Shown in pieces: positions 12,993-23,905 of a DNA stretch of 64,000 nucleotides. The stretch is from Lama glama (Eukaryota), in the NCBI GenBank assembly GCA_028534125.1, contig CM052816.1, forward strand, positions 79,238,001 through 79,302,000. The letters are read 5' to 3'. Position 1 is the first letter of the stretch, and every line of letters starts with the position of its first letter. The notes under the pieces were generated by a model that ran no database searches, had not been told where the DNA came from, and saw nothing but the letters and a program-made list of their open reading frames with translations. The position numbers and the translations under genes are program-made.

Positions 12993-13054
12993 GTGTGTGT
13001 GTATGTGTGTGTGTGTGTGTTTGTGTGTGTGTGTGAGTGTGTGTGTGTGTGTGT
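12993..13054. repeat. (GT)n microsatellite
   Basis: Interrupted GT run. Confidence 0.95.
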
Positions 13055-13797
13055 TGGAGTTTCTAGAGTACGTCCCTTGTTGGGCTACGTGGATTTCCCA
13101 TTTGGAGAAGAGTGGAGATAAAAAGTAAAATTTTAAGGTAAGCTAGATGAATGCCAGGGAACAAACTTGGGAAGAGTGTCAGATGGAAAGTTCTGAAGAT
13201 GGCAGCACTGTCATGACCTGGTGAGTAAGGACAGAAGAGGAGAACTGGGTCAGGATCCCATTTCTGAACTTTAGGTAAATAAATGATGTGGAGAAATTAC
13301 ATGGCAATGGCTTTGAGTTCAGTCACTGCATTTAGACTACATTTATAAGTAAAGCATGTGTAGAATATTCAGTTGCAGCTCCTTAACATGTAGCAAAGTC
13401 CTGATACTGTCAGAAGTTTAAGAAGGATCTAAAATGGCATTCTTGGTTCATTCTCGCTTTTCAGGGAATGGTATTAATGAGTAATGAACAAAAGAGGATC
13501 ACCATATGGTGATCTCTCTTGTGAGCCTGGACATCCTTGTAAGGGCTCTGAGCTCTGGAGCTGCCCTGTGTGGAGGGGAAGCCACGTCAGGAGACTGGGA
13601 GAAACTGTGGCCTGGAACGGACAGCGTTGCTTTGTGCCACTGACCCCGGCTTCAGGTGACTGGAGGAAACTTCGCGTCCCCTCATGAGTGGTTCAACTCA
13701 GTTCAACCCAATTCATTTCAATTCATTTAATTAAATTAAAACAATTTACTTGGTTGCTAGCTGTATATTGCTAAGTTTAGGAATGTTCTAGGACTAC

Positions 13798-14110
13798 ACT
13801 GCCCAGCACAATAACCACTACGCCGCATGTGGATACTGAACATTTGAAATACAGCTAGTCCAAATTGAGATGTGCTCTCAGTATGAGACCCACACCAGAT
13901 TTTGAAGGGTTAGGATGCAAAAAAAATGTAAAATACCCCATGAATATTTTTGTTGATATATCTTGAAATGTAACGTTTTAGATATTAGGTTAAATGAGAT
14001 ATATTATTAAAATTAATTTCACCTACTTCTTTTTCCCCTTTAAAGTGTGGCTACTAGAAAATTTAAAATTGCAGGTATGGCTTGCATTGTCTTTCTCTTG
14101 AATAGAGCTA
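13798..14110. mobile_element. MER33/MER3-like hAT-Charlie DNA transposon
   Basis: catgtggatactgaacatttgaaat...aattgagatgtgct...ttattaaaattaatttcacc...gtggctactagaaaatttaaaatt. Confidence 0.75.
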
Positions 14111-17100
14111 TTCTATAGTATTCTGGGGAGAAAAAGAGAAATATCCAAGTAGAATTATAGGCTAAGAAATTTGGGCCTTTAGACTTTCCCAGGGGACAAC
14201 TGTAAGCCACTCACATAAATCCCCTTGTTCTGAAAATAGAGAGAGACTGCTGGGCAACATAGCACCTGACTTCACCCCAACTCCACTTTCCTAAATCTCC
14301 TGTAATCTCATGTGGTAAATACATTCCTCTTGTCAGTGCAAACAGATACTGACTTGGAAACACTGAAAACAAAAACTATAGATTTTGTTCCTCATTTGGC
14401 CCTGAAAGACAGAATCTATCTCAAAAGTAATAAAAGTTCATATGGTTTACTGCAGAAAGGACTAAATTAAAAATACCTGACAGATTGCGAATTAGTCAAG
14501 AACATGAGGTAGGTTTGGCAGGGTGCAGTCCATGATGTTCTTGGTAATTGATGAAAACAAACAAAAAAATGACACATTTGAAGTGGTATCTGTAGGCGGT
14601 ACAGGGGGGTGACTGCCGTGCCCTCCAGCACATGGAAATAAACGAAATACCATTACCTTCTGAGAGCTGACTGAAATGAAAATTATACAAAAACACTTAA
14701 AAAGCAGGCTCCCAAAGTTGCGTGACTATTGTGTTCATGCGGGTAACATCAATAAGAAAATTGGGCCCAATTTCAGGACTGAGATTTAATTCCCCATCTA
14801 TAGAAGCAACCAGAGTTCTGTTCAGCTAATTTTTGCTGTCTGTGCCCAGTATCACCAAATCTGGCTTTTAAAGAGATATCTAGATTTTTAAATATGGGCA
14901 ACTAATTTTTAAAAAAAATCAACCATTGGGATCTGAGCCAAATAACTCTATACTATAGTTTTAAAAATCAACAAACAAATTTCCTTTGTTTGGCTTCTAT
15001 ATTTACTAAACAACCTTTGGATCACATTTTTTCATGAAAATCTGATGACCCTGAGAGAATTAAGTACCATTTACAGGCATTGACCGCAAGCCCGCCGCCA
15101 AGGCTTCCATCCCAATGCAAGGCGGTTGTTATACTCAGAGAACTTAAATGACTCCCCACTTCACAGAGCTAATGTCGCTATCAGGATTTCAAACTCCATG
15201 CCTGTTTCCAGCACCTCTGCTTTGTCTCTCCAGGTACCTGAGAGCTGATTAGAGTTTTGGTGAATGAAAAATTTCTAGGTCCTCCAGTAAGAGCGGAATT
15301 ATGTTGGTATGAAACCTACCTGGCCCTCTCTGACCTTCCTCTCCCTAGACACCAAGTCCTGGAGGTCCTGAGCCCAGGGTGAATATTTGGGACGCTGTGA
15401 CAGCTGCACTTGTTTATGTGAAGTCATCAGTTGGTAGGCTGGTAATCCAACTTCGTGATTTTGGCTAATCCAAGTCCATCCCCGAGAGATGGATCTGCAT
15501 GTTGAACACCAAGTAATTGGCTTCTAAGCCTGAGAGACGGGCAGCCAGATCAGGCAGGTGGTAAATTCACCTAGGAAACTGCCCCTGATGAGCCCTCTGG
15601 GAAGCAACACCTGATTTCTACCAACAATCCCACCTGTGTAATGACTGCAGCAGAATGCACCGTTTTCAGTGACTTCCAGTCTTTTTCTTTGTAAATTTAT
15701 ATTCACAGAGGGAAAAGCAAAGCTCTAACAAAGCTAGTTTCCTTGTGGAAAAGAAGCCAAACCGAACCAGCAGATACAACACTCGGTTTAAGTGGCTTTA
15801 ACCTGAAGTACGTTGCTGCTTGGAACCCAGGAGTTGCACGAATCTCCCCTTCAAGGTGTGGATACCTCTGTGAAAGTGGCCGCTCTCTAGAAGCACCTTG
15901 ACCTACTAAGGAGTTCATACTTGACTGCTTCACTCTACAATCATGTCTTAATCCCTTTCCAACGGAAATATCTGAATTCAACTGAAAAACCCAAACGGAG
16001 GCTATGGGTAGATTACAAATAATGACAGGAGAAATCAAGAAACTTGTTAAAGGAAGTGAGCAAGTTTGTTCAAGTGGCCAAGGAAGTGGTCAAATACTGT
16101 TGTGAGGGAAAGTGGACAGGTCAGCCTCGGCCTCCCCAAGACAAGCCGTTGCAAATTCACCACCCAGCTGCCTGGAAAGCCCAAAGCAGGCCTCTGGGTT
16201 AAAGGGCGTTTTGCCCACGAAAATGAACGCATAGTTTGAATGAGCTGTTCGGCCCTTTTGGTGGAACAGTTTCCAGTTGCTGCGCAGACACTAGAACATC
16301 GTAGGTTCCTCTTCTCTTGACACATTTTTATTCCTCGAAAGCATGTTATAGAAGTGAACTGACAGAGGCAGACTGAGAACACACTGTGGAGTTCAAGTCC
16401 AAGATCATGCTTATCCAATGACAGCAGCAGGAGGCACTGCCTGACCAAATGCAGGAAACTCCTATAAATTAACGTAAGCCATGGGAGTCAAGTCTTGTCT
16501 AGACTGTATATTGTGGGAGATCGGCTGAGTGTCTATGGAAGTTAAGAAGCCCTCTTTTACTACAGGTGGATCTTAACTCACTTTCCTTACTAGGAAACTA
16601 AAACTAGGTCATCTGATATGAGCTTGGAAATAGCTACAAGTCAGAATGTCATGGGGGAGTATTTTTTTTCAAGGCATCAGAGATAGTAACCCTCGGCAAC
16701 AAGAGATGATTTGTGAAAGAGGGAGGAGAGAAAGCATTCTGAGCTCTTCACCAAACTTTCAAACCAGACAGAGGACTTTCTCTTTCTCTCTGTTTTTTTT
16801 TTTTTTTTTTGCCTTTTCTCTGAGGCCTCATGAAACTGAGAGCCAATCTATTCCTGTGGATTTTGGGAAAACTGATACTGAGAGAACCACTTGAAATCAA
16901 ACTGTGTCAAGAGGGTGGAAGTCAGGTCTCGATTCATAGAATTTTGACTTAATGCCTTTTTTCCATGACTCATTACTGAATGTGTCTCTTAATTAAATTA
17001 TTAAAGTATTAAATTATTAAATCATCACAACCTCCCTATGAGGTAGTAGATCTCATGTAACAAGTGAAAAAATTAAGGTGTAGATATGTTATACAACTTA

Positions 17101-17512
17101 CTCTCAGTTAAAAAGTAAGAGCTGGTATTGGGATTGGAAACGAGGCACCCGCCCTCCGAAGTGCAGTATGAAGACCCTGGATTATCTCACGTAGGGCAAA
17201 GAGACTTTGGGGGAGGAACGTCCTAGAAAACCAGAATTTAAATTCTGCCATGAAGCCAGGAGGGATGTGGGGTCTCCAACATCTATACCATCATTTGGCT
17301 GGAGCAGAAGGACCTGAAAGATGAGCCTGTGAGAGTTTCTTTGTTCGAGTATTTTGGTGAAGGACAAGAAGTTCCAGGAAGTTTTTGGAACTCATGTGAT
17401 TTTAATACTTGATAATTAGCCCCCACACTCCCTCTTCTGCAGCTGTTGCCACGCAGCCTATGAAAGAAAGACAGAGGATTGCTAAGCACCCATTGAAGGC
17501 ACCATTCCTCAC

Positions 17513-17651
17513 CATATCTCAAATTCCAGATTGGTGCTGTTGACGTCCGGGTCATCGAATGCACAGGTCAGCAAGTGCTGGGATCCGTTCACTTCCAGCT
17601 GACTGTAGCACGAGAATGAGTAGTCATCCAGCTCTGCGTCGTCGAAGTCTC
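17513..17651 (-). CDS. IL7R: Interleukin-7 receptor alpha, coding exon 2
   Basis: 139 bp, CTAG|GAGAC...ATG|GTGAGG. Translates (G)[45 protein letters not shown](C). Confidence 0.97.
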
Positions 17652-19254
17652 CTAGGAAGGAACAAACCCATGGCTGTTAATGAAGCCAATAAGTGCATCC
17701 TTTTCAAATCCAAAGTGACATTGGTGAAATGGCAGCTTTTTGTGACCGACAGGAAGGAGTGACTATTGTGTATCAAAAGACGGAAAGCCCTAGGGCAAAG
17801 ACAAGAAATAGGGCTTCAAAAAAAACCAAAAAACAAAAAAAAAACCAACCCCAAACAAACAAAATAACAAAATCGAAACAAAATCTAATGAGCCCAGATT
17901 TTTTTCTAATAGAAAAAAGTCATTCCAGTTAACAAATAACCTGGAAAGATGTCTAAATATTTCTGCCTTTGGGTTAGTGCATTAGAGATCTAGAATGAAA
18001 CACTAAAGACATGCTTTCTTTTATATAAATGGGAATTTCCTCTGTTCGTTTGTACATTTCAAATAAGAGATACTTTATTATTCATATGCTACCTAATCTA
18101 GCCTTTGGCTTTTTTACTAATCTTCATTTATCTCTTTCCAAGATTTTTTTTTTTATGAACGAAGGAAGATGAATGCTGTCTTGCAGTCAGAAATTCACTT
18201 CTTTAAGCGGTAGCTTTCCCTTGTCTACATAGGCATCCCAACTAAAAGAACAATTGATTATCTCCACTGTGTGGATATTTATATAAGGCAACTTGCCTTA
18301 CCCTACTAACTGAGGCAAACATGATTAGCACAAATTAGACCTGACAGGACTCAGATCTGGCGGACTTTCCCATGAATTTTACAGAACTGTTTCCGGGCTT
18401 CCAGAGCCTCCTTCCACAGACGCTGTATTTCACAGATATTAGCAAAGTCTGGAAGTATGAAAGGAACCAGAATTTTTTGCAACCACTTTTGGAAAGTACA
18501 ATCTGTCAGAGATAGTATTTGATCTCTTAAGCTGGGTTGCGGGCCCTAAGATTAAACAGGCATTGTCTCTATATATTTCACAATATTTAACAGAGAAAAA
18601 TCTGTCAGCAAACATACTCCAACTAGAATCTGAGAAAATCCAGAGTAACAAAAGCCATTTTCAGAGTGGTTGAGTGTGAGCCTGTGCGTGCTTCCAGATC
18701 CGCTGGTACTAGGAATTTCTTTGGCCCATCGATACCAGAAAACAGATGCTTCTAGGGCCTTTAATAGGATACAGGATACACTAACAATCAGACCCCAGTT
18801 GAGTGTCCCGAAGGCCATGGGATTACAAATAGTACCCTCTTTACTTGAGCAGCCCAGGAGTTCTGAGGGAAAGTTAGTAAAGCTGGTCGTGAGTGGTCCA
18901 ACCAGTTGAGAGAAAGGTCTGTTCAGCCGAAGTGACAAATCTCGAAAAGCCACATCTAGATAAAGAGCTGTGGGTGCTGCTCTTTCTGACTAGATCTTAA
19001 ATCCGTCGGGCTCACAGTTCTGCCACCAGCAGACTCCTTATGTAATTTCAGGAAGGTAGGGCTCCCCTTTTAATGGCAGTTTTAAATAATGAGGGGCAGC
19101 CCACACTAGGGCTCCCATTTCAACACGTGTTCATTCCTAATCCTAATCTTACGGAGTTAGATCTTGTCCCTTAATTGCTGGCCCCTTTTCCAGTGGAATG
19201 TTTTGGTGGTTTTAGCCTGCCCTTACATGGCAGTCCTCATGCTGCCTTTTGTTT

Positions 19255-19390
19255 GCTTTTTTTGGGGGTAGTTATAATTAGATTTATTCATTCATTTATT
19301 ATTATTTTTTAATGGAGGTACTGGGGATTGAACCCAGGATCTCATTCATGCCAAGCACCGACTCTAGCACTGAGCTATATGCCCTCCTCC
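19255..19390 (-). mobile_element. Vic-1-type SINE in IL7R intron 1
   Basis: Reverse complement of the SINE head (ggaggtactggggattgaacccagg...cactgagctata) with T-rich tail on the plus strand. Confidence 0.88.
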
Positions 19391-19825
19391 CCAAAGCTGT
19401 CTTAATGTTTTCTCTTCTTTGGACCTTCCACCAACCCCATACAACAGAACCCACATTACTATTTGGATTCAGACATCTGTGCATCAACTTTGTCTCCAAA
19501 ATTCTTAAACACACAACATGAGGCAGAGAGAGCAGAGCCCAGCAGATGCTGGGCAGCAACAGGACAAAGCCCTCTTGCTACTCTTGGCCATCTAGTCGGG
19601 CCGAGTGAACTTGCTGTGGGTTCTCACACATTACATACAGCCCTGGCCCTACAATTAAAATGGCTATGCTTTGAGAAAGAGCTCATTGGCTCTCTGGCAA
19701 GTGTTACCGAGCCAATTTGTTTGTAAACAAGAAAAAGTTCCCCACAACTTGCAAAATAGCATGGCATTTTGTAAAGATGTTATACTTGGTCTAAGCTGAA
19801 AAATCCTTAGTTAAGAGTAATACAC

Positions 19826-20040
19826 ACAGTGGTGAAGACCCCTGGTATCTGAGGTGGACCAGCTGTGGGTTTAAATCCTGGCCCTTCTACTCTGGAGCTG
19901 TGGTCCTCCGTCAGGTGATTCAGCCTCTCTACGCTTGTGCTCTGCTCTTTAAATTCATGTTGTTGTAAGAAGTCACTGAATAAATGTATACCAACACTTA
20001 GGACACAGTAAGCACTCAGTAAGGATTAGCTATAACTGTT
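19826..20040 (+). mobile_element. MIR SINE remnant
   Basis: gggtttaaatcctggcc...gctgtg...cctctct...agtaagcactcagtaa. Confidence 0.6.
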
Positions 20041-20490
20041 ATCACCTTTTTTTTTTTTTGAGAAATAAGTAATGAAAAGGTAAAATAAGAATTCTAATTC
20101 CGAGAATATACATGAAAGCTTTGGGGCTCCTTTGAAAAAGAGTTCTATGTCAAAGGTGTTACTATTACTATGGCTTCGAAATTAGATAGCACTTTAAACT
20201 AGTGAATTATCCTATTTTTTTAAACACTCAAAAATTAGATTTTTTGAAATATGTGTTATTATAGACAAAGTGGTGTGGTTTAGAAGTCTTATTGAAAGGA
20301 ATTAGTAGATTCAAAGTATAAATGGTTTGGATTTTTAAAAAAATTATCCCTTTCTTCTCTTGATAACACTTGAAGGTTATCAGAGAACTAACTTATACAA
20401 CAAATAGCTTTTGATTAGTTTGAATTCCTGACACCCCAAACTGGGAAGTATTTTGATGTAATTGTGTGGATGGGTGGTTACAGATCTCCT

Positions 20491-20514
20491 AAACAAACAA
20501 ACAAACAAACAAAC
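20491..20514. repeat. (AAAC)6
   Basis: Perfect tetranucleotide repeat. Confidence 0.95.
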
Positions 20515-21725
20515 CTTGAAATTTAAAACTTTGAAGTGAAAACTCACCTTTCAATTAGAATTCTTAATTTCTTTTAAAAATAATATGAAGACCAGGAAAT
20601 AGAAGGGTTATATTATACTCCAAAGAATAAGATTCATATGTTCCCTGCCAAACACCTGTCTGTACAAACACAAGACATTTACCATGAAATAATCATCATC
20701 CCCCACAAAATGATTCATACATGGTCACACTGTGAGAAATGCCAACCCTCCGACAATTTCCTTAGTGAAAATATTCTAGGGATTTCCATCCTCAGTAATT
20801 AGATGACTTAAGATATCTGAGCTGAGTCATTAGGCTGTGTCTGATACCTTCAATAGGCAAATACTTTTTCAGTCTTAAAGGGAAAGCGTCCAATTTTCAG
20901 GAACAAATTGGTGATCCAAGTTTCCAGGTGGCTCCTCTGTCACAGCTCCACCTTCGTGTACGGTCTGGCTGTAGTTACACTGTATTTACAAAGTAGAAGG
21001 CATCTGCTTCTAGGGACTAGGTATTTAAGGAGCCCAAAGAGAATTATTATGTGGTGGTAAATTTGTTAATATGGAGACAGTTAAAAATATTGCAGTGAGA
21101 CAACTCACTCAGGTCTTTCCCTATTCACTTATTCACTAAGATTATCACATGACTCTATTTGAAGAAGTTTTCAGATATTTATTAAATGTCTACTATGTTC
21201 TAGACACTTGTTGAGGTGCCGAGGATTTAACACCTGGAAGTGCAGACAAAGCTGTTGTTTCTGGATATTATCTTGAAAGTTATGCTTTTGGAACCTCCTC
21301 AAAAGCTAAACAAAAACAAAACTAGCTGTATTCCTTGACAAGGTAAAAATTACCCTGGAGATTCTCTGACAAGCCCAACCGTTGTATCTATATGGGTGCT
21401 CTCTTTGTAAGAGCAAAGGCATCAACCAACATTTAACATCCCCATTTGACACGCTGTAACTGAACGTACTTCAATTAAAAAAAAAATCCAAATTTGTAGA
21501 GGCAGGTGCATCCCTTGAAAATGCTAAGCCTTTCTAACATCCTCCGTGTTGCCCCCAGGCCTCCTGTCCTGGTGGTTAGAGTGCACGAACTGACTGAATC
21601 CGTGCTGAAGTCCTCAGCCTTCTCCCCAACCCAGTGCCCCGCTCAGGTCTGTGTGTTATCTGAGCAACCTGAGACAGATGCTAGAGATCATCTGAAATCC
21701 TAAAGAAAAGTTAGAAATGACTCAC

Positions 21726-21807
21726 CATTCTCTGCATAGCCACTTTCTCCAGAAACGACTTGAAGTAAATAGAAAACCAGACCAAGAGCTGTACCTAGAA
21801 TTGTCAT
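21726..21807 (-). CDS. IL7R: Interleukin-7 receptor alpha, coding part of exon 1 (signal peptide)
   Basis: 82 bp from ATG to AATG|GTGAGT. Translates [27 protein letters not shown](G), matching the mammalian IL-7Ralpha N-terminus. The five exons splice into one open frame. Confidence 0.98.
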
Positions 21808-21810
21808 TCT

Positions 21811-21844
<34 letters not shown>

Positions 21845-22010
21845 CTGGTGAGTGAGCCTGTGCGTAGGAATGAATGAGAGAGAGCGGGAGCGACTTAAAT
21901 CTATGGTTTTAGGGCTTATTTAACCACAGGGGGGAAGTATTGAGGGAAGTGTAAACAGCAGAAAAGAAGACGACTGTCAGAAACAGGAAGCGTGAGTAAA
22001 AGTCTCGCTG
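21808..22010 (-). promoter_or_regulatory. IL7R: IL7R 5' UTR and proximal promoter
   Basis: Ets core CAGGAAG (GGAA 21986-21989) about 180 bp upstream of the ATG, the position I recall for the PU.1/GABP site in mouse/human. Runx ACCACA 21923-21928; further GGGAAGT Ets cores at about 21932 and 21944; forkhead GTAAACA 21951-21957; TATA-like TTAAATAA (minus strand) at about 21916-21923. Confidence 0.8.
21811..21843. repeat. (GA)13+ microsatellite, i.e. (CT)n in the IL7R 5' UTR
   Basis: Ends 3 nt from the ATG. Confidence 0.95.
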
Positions 22011-22424
22011 CTGTAAGCAGAAGTGGAGGAAATGAAGGAATGGAGCCTTTGAAATGATGATACCTCTTTGGTAATTCTGGCAGCCCCAAAGTTTACCGTG
22101 CTAATTTCAGGCTAAGGCAGTGGACTCAAATCTAGGCTCAAACTATCTCAGGCCCGCTTTCAAAGAATCTTGAGACAAAAACCTGAACTCACAAAGCTTA
22201 TCATTTGCTTATCTGGGGTGTGTTTTGCTTTAAGGAAAGATTGTGTACTTAATGAAAGAATTTATTGCAGGTGGACTTTAAACTGTTCACCTCCCATGTC
22301 TGAACATACATGCTAGAGAGTTCCACTAGGAGAGTGATTTTTCTGTCTTGTTCTCTGTGTATCCCGGGAAGTTACTTATGCCTTACCCATCATGGTGGGC
22401 ATTCAAGAATTATTTGTTTAATTT

Positions 22425-22615
22425 GGGAGTTGGCAAACTGCGGCCTAGGGGCCGTATTTGGCCCTCCCTCTGTTTTTGTAAATAAAGTTTCATTGAAACA
22501 CAGCTGCTTTTGTGTTACAACAGCACAGTTGAGTAGCTGAGATGGAAATTATAGGCCACAAAAAGTGTAAAATCTTCACTGTCTGGCAGTTTGCTGGAAA
22601 AAGTCTGTCAAACTT
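22425..22615. mobile_element. MER58A-like hAT-Charlie MITE
   Basis: gttggcaaactgcggcc...tgtttttgtaaataaagtttcattgaaacacagc...gttgagtag...tgtctggc. Confidence 0.8.
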
Positions 22616-23769
22616 TTGTTTAATGGATTAAAAAAGTCTCTGTGCATTAAAATAGGATTATATTTGTGAAAATCTGATTGCCGTCCAGCTTTGCAGGAAC
22701 ATACGATACATAAAAACCACAGCTGTACCTACATGACCTGGGCCGAAGCCTGAGACAATGACAGAAGTATTTCAGACTCTCCCTAGCCTGCCCATCAAAG
22801 TTGTCCCCAACGTGGCCTCACAGTTATGGTAGTGATTTTTTTAAGCCTGAATGACTTTGTAATTGTTCGATTTTCCCCTTTAAGTCATCATTGGTGTTCA
22901 AAGGCACAGGTTGAGAGCAGTCCTGTCATTAACAGACGGACAAAGCTCTGCAGGGTTGTACTTCTAAGTGTTCCCACCAACAACCTAACTTAGATGCAGG
23001 CTGTGAACCACCCCTCTCTTGATTCACCATGGCTCTTTTAGAAAAAGCCACAGGACTGATTATAAGGTGATGACTACAGAGATGCTGAGTGGACAGCGAG
23101 TTATGAATGTTTGATTCACTGTCTACCTGGACCTATAAAAATGGCTCTATTAGCCGAGATAACAACGACCCCTGAAGTGCAAAACAGTCTTTGAAAGCTA
23201 CACGAGTTAGCTCGTCTCATCATTAACAGTTACTGTGACAATCTCATAAGACAAGAAAAGCAGAGGTGGGGCATTTATATGGGTCTCTGGAAGCCCCTCT
23301 TCCGTGTTGCCGCAACTCGGGTGGCAGAGATGGGGTGCTTTGTTCATAATGTCACCCCCAGGACCACAAGCTAAAGGAACATTTCAGAGCAAGAACCAAA
23401 ATGAACGGGAAATAATCCACCTCTTCCAATCCACCTAATCGGCTTAGGCCTTCTTTTGGCATTTTCGAACATCTTCCAAACCAAATAAAGAGTGACAATT
23501 TTGTGCATCAGACAACAATTTGTATTCTCATTTTCTGATTTTGTTTTGAGTGCTCAGTTAGGAAATCATAAGCCCGGATTCACAAAAATTGTTATGTTTT
23601 GTGTGTTGAGCTGAATACCCTTTTGAGAAAGCTATAATTACAGATTTCCACGAACTAAATAAGTGTTCAAAGAGAACTCACAAATTACAACTATCCACCA
23701 ACACAGACCTGGTGAACTGCTCACGGATTGTCACCCCATGGGTGAGTAACTGGGTCATGTCTCTTTAAA

Positions 23770-23905
23770 TTCTCTTGTTTATCATTTAAGTGGACTATCA
23801 TTTTGATTGTATCTCTTTCCTTTAGTTGTGAAGATGTAAAAGAACAAAGCCAAGACACAATATTTTTGTACAGCATGTGCTAGTTTGCTCAGGGGATTTC
23901 CACGG
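23770..23905. promoter_or_regulatory. Probable IL7R upstream enhancer (CNS1 orthologue)
   Basis: Forkhead TTGTTTAT 23775-23782, TCF/SOX AACAAAG 23843-23849, GRE-like TGTACAgcaTGTGCT 23867-23881 and NF-kB GGGGATTTCC 23892-23901, all within about 130 bp, about 2.1 kb upstream of the ATG. Confidence 0.7.
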
